A DNA stretch of 64,000 nt from Nannocystis bainbridge (GCF_028368995.1 NZ_JAQNDL010000002.1:288001-352000); one strand, 5' to 3'. Positions 9,884 through 19,799 are shown, counted from the stretch's first letter. Numbers and translations: made by a program. The notes: generated by a model not told the origin, from the sequence alone.

Positions 9884-12800
9884 GCGGGGCTCCGGGCCTC
9901 GTCGATGGCGGCCAGCACGCGGCGGCGCAGGTCGCCGGTGATGGTGGCGGGCGAGATGGTGAGCGGCGGGGCGAACACGAGGGTGTCGGGCAGGCCGTTG
10001 CCGAGGTAGAGGCCGCGGTGCAGGCAGGCCTGGTCGACGGCCTCGGCGACGGCGACGCTGGGGAAGGTGATGGTGCGGTAGAGGCCGACGCCGCCGAGCC
10101 GCGCGCCGGGGCAGGCGGGCAGGACGTCGTGCTGCAGCAGCTCGTCGAGGGCGGCGATCGACTCGGCGAGGTCGAGCCGCCGGGCGGCCCGCAGGTGCTC
10201 GTGGGCGCGGATCGCCGACAGCTCGTCGCCGTCCCAGGTCGAGATCAGGACCAGCGGCTTCTTGATGAAGTAGCGGTCGCCGACGAAGATGTGGCCGATC
10301 TGGCCGCCGGGGTACCAGAGCACCATGTCGGGCACGACGTCGGTGGGCAGGGTGTCGACGCCCCAGGCGGCGCCGCCGGTGCGGTAGCAGCCGCTGGCGG
10401 CCTCGACGAGCACGAGCGGGATGTCGTGGGCGCGGCAGGCGGCCGCCAGCACGCGCGCGGGCTCGCCGGCGAGGACCCGGCCCGAGCGCTCGCCGACGAC
10501 CTCGACGAACAGGCCGAGGATCTTGTCGGCACCTTGCCTTTCGACCAGGTCCTTGAGGCCAGCTTCGAAGCCGGCGGGGTCGTCCTCGGGGTGAGGCAGG
10601 CGCGGGAACTCGAACAGGGCCAGGCCGTCGCCGAAGCCGGCCGGGTCGGACAGGCTGCGCGCGGCGGCGGTGACGTGGCCGAGGTAGCCGCCCTGCAGGC
10701 CGACCGCGAGCTGGCCCTGCGGGCGGCTGAGGCGGAGGCAGCGCAGCGCCTTGTCGACGGTCTCGTCGCGCGACGAGGTGAAGTACATGTGGCCGGTGCC
10801 GCGCGGGGCGAGCAGGCGCAGGTGCTCGCTGTAGTGGACGGTGTCGACGGTGGCGTAGTTGCTGAGGTTGATGCGGCTGGCGGTCGGGCCGACCAGCTCG
10901 TGGCCGGCCATGAACGCCGGCGTGGCCCCGAACGGCTGCTGCAGGCCGCTGGCGAGGTCGAGGATGCCCTCGTCGTTCGGCGCGCGCGGGACCGGCGGCG
11001 GGACCAGCGGGATCCGGTAGTAGTCGGCCAGCGCGTTGCCCTCGTACTGGTGCGTCAGGCGGACCACCGGGAAGGCGCCGTACGAGCGGTTGAGGCCGGC
11101 CATGGCGTCGGTGGTGCCGACGCGGTTGCGGCCCGAGACGTAGGAGAAGCCGTGGACCTTGGCCCACTGGACCTGGGCGCGCTTGAGCAGGCGACCGACG
11201 CCGCGGGCCCGCGCGGCCTCGGCGACGGTGACGTCGGCCGAGTAGAAGGTGTCGCCGAGGCCGAGGCGCTCGTCCTGGCTGGCGCCCGAGACGCCGCGGA
11301 AGCCCTCGAGCGGGCCGCCGAAGCAGAAGCCGAGGATCGAGCCGCTGGCGGTGTCGACGGCGCACAGGCCGAGGCCGGTGGCGGCGGCGCGGCGCAGGTA
11401 GGCCTCGCTGTCGCGGCGCGCGGGCTCGTAGCTGGTGTTCTCGATGACCATGATCTGCGGCCAGTCGCGCTCCTCGATCGGGCGCACGATCACGGCCGGG
11501 TCGCTGTCGGCGGTCTGACCCTCGGGGACCCAATCCTTGGCTGTCTTGTCGGACAGGCGCGCGAGCGACTCGTGGATCCGCTTGAACAGGTCGTCGACGA
11601 CGCGCTCGTCCCAGCCGGCGCTGAAGCGGAACCGGATCGTGCGCTCGCCGGCGGGGTAGGTCATGAGGCCCCGCTGGTAGCGCTGGTCGATGAAGGCGGT
11701 CTGAGCGGCGGTGTCGGGCAGGTCGAAGGCGAGGGCGGTGCCGGCGAGGCGGACGTCGCCGACGAGGCCGGGGAAGGCGGCGGCGAGCGCCTCGGCGCGC
11801 GGGCGCAGCAGGCTCTCGAGGTAGGTCTGGTCGCGCGAGGTCTCGAGCTGGATGAGGCCGCGCAGGGCCGAGGCGACGTGGACCTGGTTGCTCTCGGGGT
11901 CGGGCCAGCGCGACAGGACGACGCCGAGGCCGGCCTTCTTGGCGCAGGTCAGGATGTCGGGCGCGGTGGCCTCGTCGCCGCCGAGGCCGAGGCGGGTCCA
12001 CCAGAAGAACGGGCCGCCGGTGGCGAAGCCGGTCTGGACCTCGTCGACGACCAGCGGCAGCTTGCGCGCGCGGGCCAGCTTGCACAGGCCGAGCAAGAAC
12101 TCGCGGCGCAGGTAGACATCACCGCCCTCGGCCTGCATCGGCTCGACGACGATGGCGTAGATCTCGTGACCGCGAGCGTCGAGCAGGCGCTCGACCTCGT
12201 CGAGGTCGGCGTGGCTGAACACGGCCTCGTAGCCCTCGAACTCGAAGGGGGCGCGCTTGTCCGGGTTCCAGGTGGCGGCGAGGGTGGCGAGGGTGCGGCC
12301 GTGGAAGCCGTCGCGGAAGGCGAGCACGCGCCGGCGCGGGCCGTCGACCGGCGGCGGGGCGTGCAGGCGAGCGATGCGCAGCGCCTTCTCGTTGGCCTCG
12401 GCACCGCCGGCGCAGACGAAGCTGACGTGGTCGAGCGCGGGCGGGGCCAGCCGCTCGAGCGCCTCCTCGTAGGCGGCCAGCTCGGGCACGTGGTGCACCG
12501 TGGTGTCGGGGTTGCTCCACAGGCAGTGGTCGAAGCGGCCGGTGTAGAGCGCCTTGACGATGCCCGGGTGATAGAAGCCGTGCGTCAGGGTGGCGATCTG
12601 TGAGCAGGCGTCGAGCAAGGTGAGCGGCCGGGCGTCGACCGAGACCATGTAGGGGCCCGAGCTGCGGCGGGTGTCGACGACCATCGGCTTCTTCTCGCGG
12701 ACGGTGAAGCCGCCGCCGTAGAAGCGCTCGAGCAGGGCCGCCGACTCCGGCAGCTCGCCGCCGGGCGGGATCCGTACGCGCCTCGTCTCGCGCTCGAAGA

Positions 12801-12900
12801 TCGCCCGCGGGCGCGGCGCCTCGGACCGTTGGCTCGACTCGAGGGCGTCGAGCCGGGCGTTGAGATCGAGTTCGCGGCCTGAATCCGGTTCAATAGACAC
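9880..12900 (-). CDS. Fusion of lysine-6/GABA-type class III aminotransferase, GNAT acetyltransferase and degenerate second aminotransferase domain
   Basis: N-domain: DACSQIAT, GAEANEKA, FHGRT, VEPMQAEGGD, DEVQTG, AKK. GNAT: TVAEAARARGVGRLLK. C-domain: GYLGH, FVEVV, VEAASG, with no PLP Lys. Confidence 0.85.
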   Translation of the reverse strand: MSIEPDSGRELDLNARLDALESSQRSEAPRPRAIFERETRRVRIPPGGELPESAALLERFYGGGFTVREKKPMVVDTRRSSGPYMVSVDARPLTLLDACSQIATLTHGFYHPGIVKALYTGRFDHCLWSNPDTTVHHVPELAAYEEALERLAPPALDHVSFVCAGGAEANEKALRIARLHAPPPVDGPRRRVLAFRDGFHGRTLATLAATWNPDKRAPFEFEGYEAVFSHADLDEVERLLDARGHEIYAIVVEPMQAEGGDVYLRREFLLGLCKLARARKLPLVVDEVQTGFATGGPFFWWTRLGLGGDEATAPDILTCAKKAGLGVVLSRWPDPESNQVHVASALRGLIQLETSRDQTYLESLLRPRAEALAAAFPGLVGDVRLAGTALAFDLPDTAAQTAFIDQRYQRGLMTYPAGERTIRFRFSAGWDERVVDDLFKRIHESLARLSDKTAKDWVPEGQTADSDPAVIVRPIEERDWPQIMVIENTSYEPARRDSEAYLRRAAATGLGLCAVDTASGSILGFCFGGPLEGFRGVSGASQDERLGLGDTFYSADVTVAEAARARGVGRLLKRAQVQWAKVHGFSYVSGRNRVGTTDAMAGLNRSYGAFPVVRLTHQYEGNALADYYRIPLVPPPVPRAPNDEGILDLASGLQQPFGATPAFMAGHELVGPTASRINLSNYATVDTVHYSEHLRLLAPRGTGHMYFTSSRDETVDKALRCLRLSRPQGQLAVGLQGGYLGHVTAAARSLSDPAGFGDGLALFEFPRLPHPEDDPAGFEAGLKDLVERQGADKILGLFVEVVGERSGRVLAGEPARVLAAACRAHDIPLVLVEAASGCYRTGGAAWGVDTLPTDVVPDMVLWYPGGQIGHIFVGDRYFIKKPLVLISTWDGDELSAIRAHEHLRAARRLDLAESIAALDELLQHDVLPACPGARLGGVGLYRTITFPSVAVAEAVDQACLHRGLYLGNGLPDTLVFAPPLTISPATITGDLRRRVLAAIDEARSPA

Positions 12901-13055
12901 GGGTCGAAGTGTATCGCCGCGGCCTTGGGCTCGCTGTGCCGCCCGTGCGGCGGGCGGCGAGGCCGCCCTCACGCGTGGGCCGATTCACGCGCCTGGGCCC
13001 GTCGGCGGGGCCCGAGGTGGTGGACCGCACGTCGGCGCGGGGGTAGGCTCGCTCC

Positions 13056-13913
13056 ATGGCCCGGGCCGATCTTCACACGGCGTTTTTCGGCGGGCGGGGC
13101 TTCACGCTCTACCACGCCACAGGCGCGCACGGGAGCCGCCCGCTCACGCCGCATTTCCACGACGAGTACCTCATCTGCGCCCAGCTGGCCGGGCACGAGG
13201 AGTGTCACGTGGCCGGTCGGCTGTTCAGCTTCGAGCCCGGCGACGTGGTGCTGATGAACCCGCAGCAGGTCCACACCGGCAACACCCGCGGCAGCAGCGA
13301 CGTCGACTACATCACGCTGTACGTCGACCGTCGGCTGGCGCTCGGCCTGGTCGAGGACGCCGCCGGGCCGCGCTGCGCGCCCGAGTTCACCAGCGTGCGC
13401 GTGAGCGGCCGCGTCGAGCTGGTGGCGGCCATCACGGCGCTGCACGACCTGGTGCGCAGCGAGGACGCGCCGGGCCGCACGCTCGAGGTCGAGGCCGCGC
13501 TGCAGACGGTGGTCAGCCACGCGTTCACCGAGTTCTCCAACCTGCGCGAGCCGCTGCGGCGCTCGACCAACCGCGTCGCCCACCGCAAGATCGCCCGCGT
13601 CGTCGACTTCATCCGCAGCCTCGACCCGCGCATCGACCCGACCACGCTGTCGCTCGACGAGCTGGCGGGCGTGGCCGAGCTGTCGAAGTACCACTTCCTG
13701 CGCCAGTTCGCGCAGGTGGTCGGGATGACGCCGGGGGCCTATCTGCGCACGCTCCGGCTGTGCCAGGCGGCCCGCGAGCTGCGGACCTCGCGGCGCTCTA
13801 TCCTCGAGATCGCGCTGGGCGCCGGCTTCGCCGATCACCCGAGCTTCTCGCGGGCTTTTGCCCGCCATATGGGGATGACGCCGAGCCAGTATCAGGCTCT
13901 GGGGCCGCTCTAG
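13056..13913 (+). CDS. AraC family regulator (cupin plus HTH)
   Basis: HFHDEY...NPQQVHTG; LSKYHFLRQF, GMTP, GFADHPSFSRAF. Confidence 0.93.
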   Translation: MARADLHTAFFGGRGFTLYHATGAHGSRPLTPHFHDEYLICAQLAGHEECHVAGRLFSFEPGDVVLMNPQQVHTGNTRGSSDVDYITLYVDRRLALGLVEDAAGPRCAPEFTSVRVSGRVELVAAITALHDLVRSEDAPGRTLEVEAALQTVVSHAFTEFSNLREPLRRSTNRVAHRKIARVVDFIRSLDPRIDPTTLSLDELAGVAELSKYHFLRQFAQVVGMTPGAYLRTLRLCQAARELRTSRRSILEIALGAGFADHPSFSRAFARHMGMTPSQYQALGPL

Positions 13914-15132
13914 CGGCCACGCGCTCGGCGTCGTCCTCGCGCAGGGCCGGGTCGACGTCGGCGTCCGGGTCGTCGGCCTCGTCGTCGTCGATCTCGGCGG
14001 TCTCGGGGGCACGCGCCGCGAGCTCGGCCACGGCCGGGCGCAGGGTCAGCAGGCCGAGGTGGCCGGGCACGACCGCGAGGCCGAGGGCGAGCTGCTCGGC
14101 GGCGGCGGCCGCGTCCTCGCGCTCCAGCGCGTCGCGCACGGCGGCCTCCTGGGCGGCGGCGAACATCGGGTTGTGGGTCAGGGCGGCGGCGGCGAGGGCG
14201 GCTCGCTCGGCGTCGGCCTTGGCGTCCTGGCGCGAGAGACCTGGCTTTTCGGGCATGTCCTTCGGGGCCTGCTCCGAAGGACCGGGCGCTTCGGACATGT
14301 CCTTAGGAGCCTGTCCCGAAGGACCTGGCCTTTCGGACTTGCCCGAGAGGGCGAGGCAGGCGAGCGCCAGGCAGTGGGCGCGCAGGCCGGGCTCGGTGGC
14401 CCGCTCGGCGGCCTTGCGGAAGGCGGCGACGGCGTCGCCGAGCTTGCCCTCGCCCTGGCGGACGCGGCCGAGCTCGAGGTGGCCCCACACGAACTCGGGG
14501 GCGCGGCGCAGCAGCTGGCGCAGCTCCTGGGCCGCGCCGCGCAGCTCGCCGGCGCGGCGCAGCGACTGGGCCAGGCGGAACCGGGCCAGCGGGGCGTCGG
14601 GGTCGAGGTCGAGGTGGCGGCGCAGCAGCCGGCGCTCGGCCGCGGGGGTGAGCTCACCGTCGTCGCCGAACAGGTCGGACTGGTACTCGCCGTCCTCGTC
14701 GAACAGGACCGAGAACTCGCCGAGCAGGGCCAGGACCAAACGGTCGATCGAGGAGGCGCACGGCAGACGCTCGCCGTCCTCCTCGACGAGCACGACGTCG
14801 GCGCCCTCGGCGTGCGGGTCGGCGACGAGGACCAGGAGGTCGCGCCCGCGCTCGCCGATGACGCGGTCGCCGGGGCGCAACCGGCCGTCCTCGGCGGCGG
14901 CCTCGGTGGCGCCGGCGTGGTCGGCGAGCGGGTAGAGGCGAGCCTCGCCGCCTGCGAGATCGAGGCCGTCGTAGGTGCCCCACAGCAGGGCGAGGTCGGG
15001 ATCGATGCCGGAGGCCGCGAGGGCCTGCTCGCTGGCGGGGCCGCCGACGTCGTGGAGACCTTCGGGAGCGTCGCGCAGGCGGTCCTCGATGCGGTCGAGG
15101 TTGTTCAGGACGCGCCGGCGCTCCTCGCTCAT
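13798..15132 (-). CDS. SMI1/KNR4-like N-terminal domain plus TPR repeats
   Basis: GPASEQAL...LWGTYDGL (SUKH-like); TPRs ARFRLAQSL and GHLELGRV; acidic tail. The 3' end overlaps the AraC gene by 116 nt. Confidence 0.6.
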   Translation of the reverse strand: MSEERRRVLNNLDRIEDRLRDAPEGLHDVGGPASEQALAASGIDPDLALLWGTYDGLDLAGGEARLYPLADHAGATEAAAEDGRLRPGDRVIGERGRDLLVLVADPHAEGADVVLVEEDGERLPCASSIDRLVLALLGEFSVLFDEDGEYQSDLFGDDGELTPAAERRLLRRHLDLDPDAPLARFRLAQSLRRAGELRGAAQELRQLLRRAPEFVWGHLELGRVRQGEGKLGDAVAAFRKAAERATEPGLRAHCLALACLALSGKSERPGPSGQAPKDMSEAPGPSEQAPKDMPEKPGLSRQDAKADAERAALAAAALTHNPMFAAAQEAAVRDALEREDAAAAAEQLALGLAVVPGHLGLLTLRPAVAELAARAPETAEIDDDEADDPDADVDPALREDDAERVAARAAPEPDTGSASSPYGGQKPARSSGDRRSRRPARSRG

Positions 15133-15550
15133 GGCGGGGCCTCCTAGCACGCCGGGCGGGCGCGCGCCAGATGCGGCAGGAGCGGGCGCAGAGGCCTGTC
15201 CGCAGCGGGAGGCGCCCGGCCCGTGAGACGCCGTCGGGCGGGCGGGACGCGTCCACGGAGCGGCAGGACGCGAATTCGGCGCCGCTCGAAGGCGCCGACG
15301 CCGGCCTCGCTGCGTCCGGGCGAGCGAGGTGGGCGCCGTGTCGAGGTCGGGGCGAAGGAGGCTTCGGGAGCCGCGAGCGGCGGAGGCTCGAGCCCATGTG
15401 CCTGGGCCCGAGCTCGATGGTCCGCGGAATCGACGACGACGTGGCCCGGGCGGCCAGCGAGGGCTGGGAGCGGGTGGTGCTGTCGCAGGGCGTGGTCTGC
15501 TTCAAGCGGCCGCGCGGAGATGATGCGAGTCGGCCGCTCCCGGGCGCGGG

Positions 15551-16900
15551 TCAGCCGGCGGGCTGCGCCCTGGCGGGCGTGGCGAGGACGCTCTGGGCGC
15601 CGTTGTGGACGCCGAGGATCACGAGCTCGCTCATGTTGCCGAGCATGGCCGCGAACACGGGGCCGCTGGGCTGAAAGCCGGCCGGCAAGGCGACGCTGCG
15701 CCAGGCGCCGGCGGGGTCGCGGTGGAGCAGGCCGGTCTCGGTCTGGGCCCACATGCCGCCGTCGCTGGTGGGCCAGATGCCGGCGAATTGCGGGCCCGCG
15801 GGGAGGACCTCGAGCTTCCAGCCGCCGGTCTCGTAATGCAGCAAGTGGTTGGTGTTCGGGTGGTCGCGCAAGGTGATCGAGACGCCGTGCTTCTGGCGCG
15901 GGATGCTCTGCAGCCATTCCCAGCTGCCCGGCGGCAGCGGGGTGCTGTGGGTCTGGACGCAGGCAGCGTCGGCGCAGGCGATCTGGACCCGATATTCGTC
16001 GTGCTTCGAGAGGGCGAAGAGGTCGCCGGCCTTGCTCTCGACGAGGTCGCGCAGGTGCCCGTGCACCTCCGGCAGCGACGGGTCGGCGAGGCCGTTGCCT
16101 GCGACGCGCACGAGCTTGTCGTCGAGGACGGCGAGGAAGCCGACGTTCCAGCTCTTGCGCACGGGGCCGAGCCGGTCGGTCATGACCCATTGATCGAGGT
16201 CGAGATCTTGCGGGACCCACCGACTCCCACCGCGCCATCGATGCAGTCGCATGCGCCCGATGTCGGCGCGGTCGCCTAATTGGCTGAACTCGACGGCCCA
16301 CGCCTCGTCGGGCCAATGACCGCTCATTGGCCACGCCGCGCCCGTGATCCCGGCGGGGGTCCAGGCGCCGGTGGGGTCGAGGGTGAAGAACTTCGGCGCC
16401 TCGCCGGCGAGCACGCCGGTGGCGAAGTAGCGGAAGCCGCCGGTCACGGGTGCGGCGGGGGTGACGACGGTGCGCCAGGCGACGGTGTGCTCGGTCGCGG
16501 CGATCGGCGCGGCGACGAGGGCGGCCGGGCCGGTCGGGGCCGAGGGGTCGGCCGAGGGGACGGCAGATGGATCGGCGTCGGGCTCGGGATCGGCGAGCGA
16601 GGGCAAGGCAGGCGCGCCAGGAGGGGCGTCGCTCGCGGGCGGCGTCTCGGGCGTGGGCGCGGCAGGGGCGGGCGTGGGCGCGGCAGGAGCGGGCGTGGGC
16701 GCGGCAGGAGCGGGCGTGGGCGCGGGCGCAGGCGCGGTCGCCGGGGCGGCGGGCGCAGGAGGAGCGGCGGGGGCGGCGGGCGTGGGCGCGACGTCGGCGG
16801 TCTTGCGGGCGTCGGCAGGAGGATTCGCGGTGCAGGCGGCGACGCCGAGGACGGCGGCGAGCGACGCGGAGAGGATGGTGGCACGGTCGGTCGTCGTCAT
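15551..16900 (-). CDS. Lipoprotein with Pro/Ala linker and beta-rich domain
   Basis: Lipobox VAAC and repeated PTPAPAA; 4-bp overlap with the upstream cytochrome gene. Confidence 0.75.
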   Translation of the reverse strand: MTTTDRATILSASLAAVLGVAACTANPPADARKTADVAPTPAAPAAPPAPAAPATAPAPAPTPAPAAPTPAPAAPTPAPAAPTPETPPASDAPPGAPALPSLADPEPDADPSAVPSADPSAPTGPAALVAAPIAATEHTVAWRTVVTPAAPVTGGFRYFATGVLAGEAPKFFTLDPTGAWTPAGITGAAWPMSGHWPDEAWAVEFSQLGDRADIGRMRLHRWRGGSRWVPQDLDLDQWVMTDRLGPVRKSWNVGFLAVLDDKLVRVAGNGLADPSLPEVHGHLRDLVESKAGDLFALSKHDEYRVQIACADAACVQTHSTPLPPGSWEWLQSIPRQKHGVSITLRDHPNTNHLLHYETGGWKLEVLPAGPQFAGIWPTSDGGMWAQTETGLLHRDPAGAWRSVALPAGFQPSGPVFAAMLGNMSELVILGVHNGAQSVLATPARAQPAG

Positions 16901-17994
16901 GGCGAGCTCGCAGGCGTGATGGGTGGCAGACGCCCCTCGGCGAGGCGAATGGTATCAGCGATCGTCGAGGCTTCGGGGCGATCGGGATCGCGCGCGTCGA
17001 CGCGTTCGAGGTCGATGTGCCACACCAGCGCGGCGGGGGAAGCTTCGCCGGGATGCAGTTCCAGGCGCACGCCGGCGGCCCCGTGGATCCGGTCGTCGAC
17101 GACCGGGAGGGACGCGGCGTGGCGCAGGCGGCCGTCGAGGTGATGCCGGGGGACGAAGTGGCGCGCGAGGTAGCGGACGTCGCGGGCGAGCTCGCGGCCG
17201 TCGGGGCCGACGAGGGCGGCGTGCACGGCGAGGCGGCGGAACAGGTCGCCGGTGGGGAAGGCGTGGCCGACGTCGCGGGTGCGCAGCTCGAGCTCGAGGG
17301 CGTCGCCGTCGCGCCGCGCGACGACCTCGAGCGCGCGCTGCATGGCCGCCGGATCGCGGGTGGAGGCGAAATCGTGGGCGGCGGCCGGCATGTGACAGTC
17401 GGCGCAGCTGCGATCGGCGTGCGGCGAGCGCTGGTGCTCGCGCATGGTGGTCTGCATCATGGTGCCGCGGGCCTGGGCGCTGCCGTCGGGGAAATCGAAC
17501 TCGTGGCAGGGGGCGCAGGCGCGGGTGGGGAAGGCAGGATCGCGGCGCAGGACGTGCGGGGCGTCGCTGCCGGCGCGGATGGCCGCGGTGACGATCGTCC
17601 CGGGGCCGCCGTGACAGTCGAGGCAGCCGACGCCGAGCAGCTCGGCGTCGGCGGCGGGCATGCGGGGGCGCGCAGGGGCGTGACAGTCGCGGCAGAAGGG
17701 GGTCGGCTCGCGGGCGTAGGAGCGCTGAAATTCGTCGTTGGTGAAGGCGGCGTGGTGCCGCGAGCGGGCCCAGGCGTCGGCGACTTCGGCGTGACAGGCG
17801 GCGCACTCGTCCTCGCGCGGCAGCCAGGTGATCGCGGGCTCGCGTGCGGGCGGGGCCCGGCGACCGTCACAGGCGGTCAGCAGCGCGACGAGCAGGACGA
17901 GGTGCGCGCGAGCGGCCAAGGCGGCGACGATAGCGGGCCGACGGGCGCTGCTCAAGGCGCTCGCACGAAGATTGACATAGGTCTCTTGGGACAT
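16897..17994 (-). CDS. Multiheme (5x CxxCH) c-type cytochrome lipoprotein, c554-like
   Basis: CAACH, CRDCH, CLDCH, CAPCH and CADCH; WARSRH; GHAFPTGD; lipobox LTAC. True start may be near 17900. Confidence 0.85.
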   Translation of the reverse strand: MSQETYVNLRASALSSARRPAIVAALAARAHLVLLVALLTACDGRRAPPAREPAITWLPREDECAACHAEVADAWARSRHHAAFTNDEFQRSYAREPTPFCRDCHAPARPRMPAADAELLGVGCLDCHGGPGTIVTAAIRAGSDAPHVLRRDPAFPTRACAPCHEFDFPDGSAQARGTMMQTTMREHQRSPHADRSCADCHMPAAAHDFASTRDPAAMQRALEVVARRDGDALELELRTRDVGHAFPTGDLFRRLAVHAALVGPDGRELARDVRYLARHFVPRHHLDGRLRHAASLPVVDDRIHGAAGVRLELHPGEASPAALVWHIDLERVDARDPDRPEASTIADTIRLAEGRLPPITPASSP

Positions 17995-18078
17995 GTCCCG
18001 AGAGTCCTATGTCGATTGTCGCTCGACCCCGGTGAATGGCCGGGGCGAGTGCGGACTCTTGGGGATGTCAGGCGCCGA

Positions 18079-19065
18079 TCAAAGCGCGGCGAAGAAGTCC
18101 CAGATCGCGGGGCCGGCCCAGTCGGGCCAGCCGTGGCCGCCGAGGTCGGGCTCGTCGTGCTGGCACCAATGCACGGGGAAGCCGGACGCACAATCGTCGT
18201 AGGCGACGCACGGGGCGGGATCGACGGGGGCGGTGGCTTCGCCGCAGGTGTTGGCGGCCAGCCAGTGGTCGCGCGCGCCCTCGCCTTGCGAGAGCGGGAC
18301 GGTGGTGTCGCCGGTGCCGTGGGCCAGCCAGGCGGCGACCTGGCCGCTGCAGGCGCCGAAGGGGCCGCCGCCGGCGACGGGGGCGATGGCGCGGACGATG
18401 CCGGCGCGGGCGCAGCCGAGGGTGTTGGACATGTAGCCGCCGAAGCTGTGGCCGGTGCTGAAGACGCGGGCCGGATCGATGCAGAGGCGGGCGCTGACGT
18501 CGGCGAGGATGGCGTCGAAGAGGGCGACGTCTTCGTTGGCGGGATCGAGGTCCCAGCCGGTCTGATTGTTCATGTCGGCGAGCGGGAGGCCGTCAGGGTA
18601 GACGAAGACGGCCTGGCCGGCGCTGGCCTCCTCGACTTTGAAATAGAGGCGCGCGAGCTCGCCGTTGCCGCCGCGGCCGTGCCAGGCGAACACCAGCGGA
18701 TAGGCGACGTCGGGGTCGTAGCCCTCGGGGACGACGAGGTCGTAGTCGCGCTGCATGCCGGCGGCGTCGATGGTCTGGGCCATGAGGCCGGTGAACGGCG
18801 GGGGCTGACCGCACGGGCCCGCGGGCGGGGCTTCGGTGGTGGTGCCTGGATCGGTGCCGGTAGTGGGGCCCGGATCGGTGCCGGTGGTGGTGCCCGGGGC
18901 GTCGGTGGTGGTCGGCGCGGGACCTGTGGTCTGGCCTTCGGGACCTGTGCTCGAGGACATGTTCCCGGAGGCATCCGTGACGCCGGCCGAGCTCATGGCG
19001 CCGCTGTCGGCGGCGGTGGAGCAGGCGAGGACAGGCAGGAGGAGGAGCGCGAGGCGGCGGCCCAT
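18079..19065 (-). CDS. PHB-depolymerase/feruloyl-esterase-like alpha/beta hydrolase lipoprotein
   Basis: Lipobox VLAC, Thr-rich linker, WHGRGG, GHSFGG, HGTGD and GGHGWP. Confidence 0.85.
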   Translation of the reverse strand: MGRRLALLLLPVLACSTAADSGAMSSAGVTDASGNMSSSTGPEGQTTGPAPTTTDAPGTTTGTDPGPTTGTDPGTTTEAPPAGPCGQPPPFTGLMAQTIDAAGMQRDYDLVVPEGYDPDVAYPLVFAWHGRGGNGELARLYFKVEEASAGQAVFVYPDGLPLADMNNQTGWDLDPANEDVALFDAILADVSARLCIDPARVFSTGHSFGGYMSNTLGCARAGIVRAIAPVAGGGPFGACSGQVAAWLAHGTGDTTVPLSQGEGARDHWLAANTCGEATAPVDPAPCVAYDDCASGFPVHWCQHDEPDLGGHGWPDWAGPAIWDFFAAL

Positions 19066-19343
19066 GGCGGCCACGGTAACGCGAGCGGGGGCGCGGACGC
19101 CATCGGGTCGCGGAGGCCCGCCGAGGGGCGCGTGGGAGCGCAGAGGCACGGGTCGGGGGCTGCAGCCGCCCTGCGGCGGGTTTGCCGAGGAGCGCGGCGG
19201 GCGGGCTTGCGCACGGCGAGGGAGACCGGGTGGCGCCGGTGCGAGGGGCAGGCGGAGATCGGCGCGCGAAGAGGGATGAAGAGCGATGCGACGTCCCGCG
19301 AGTGATGGCCTGCGCGGAGCTCGAGCGGCGAGGCGAAGGTGCA

Positions 19344-19476
19344 GCGTGCGGCGCTGCTCGTGTCTTGCACGTGGGCCCGGGGGCGGCGTGCGGAGCAGCT
19401 CGTGTCTCGCACGTGGGCCCGGGGCGGCGTGCGGAGCTGCTCGTGTCTCGCACATGGGCCCGGGGGCGGCGTGCGG
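19344..19476. repeat. 41-42-bp tandem repeat, about 3.2 copies
   Basis: Unit GCGTGCGGAGCTGCTCGTGTCTCGCACGTGGGCCCGGGGGCG starts at 19344, 19386 and 19427, with a partial copy at 19469. No spacers. Confidence 0.8.
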
Positions 19477-19799
19477 GTCTCGTGAATCGTACGCGCGCTG
19501 CCGGGAGGCGGATGGGTTGTCGCTTGAAATTGCGTGCGAGCGGCGTGAACCTTTCGCGTGCAGCGGGCGTGGGTGAAGATCGGGTGGTTTTGGACCTGGT
19601 CGAAGGGTCAGGTCGTCGGTCGGGCGTGTGGAAAGTTCGATTGCGCCGGGCGGCGCGGTCTTTCATGCTCGAGGCTCGCAGCTGCGATTCGTCGTGATGT
19701 CGCTCTTTGCCAACCTCTCGCGGTCAAGGTCGAAGCCGATCGGGTCACGGCGTGGCGGGACAGGGCGTGGCGTCGCGGCGGCTGCGGAGGAGGTGAATC

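Noticed and set aside
7497-12900. Beta-lactam or ectoine biosynthetic cluster
   Set aside because: No NRPS, IPNS or EctC in the window; family similarity alone is not enough.
15171-15674. ORF containing a DUF4177-like segment (EGWERV...VCFKRP)
   Set aside because: Only a short motif match, unclear start, and a 124-nt overlap with the convergent lipoprotein gene.
19344-19476. Possible CRISPR array (also 3703-3754 and 54243-54410)
   Set aside because: The repeats are contiguous with no unique spacers, and no cas genes are present.
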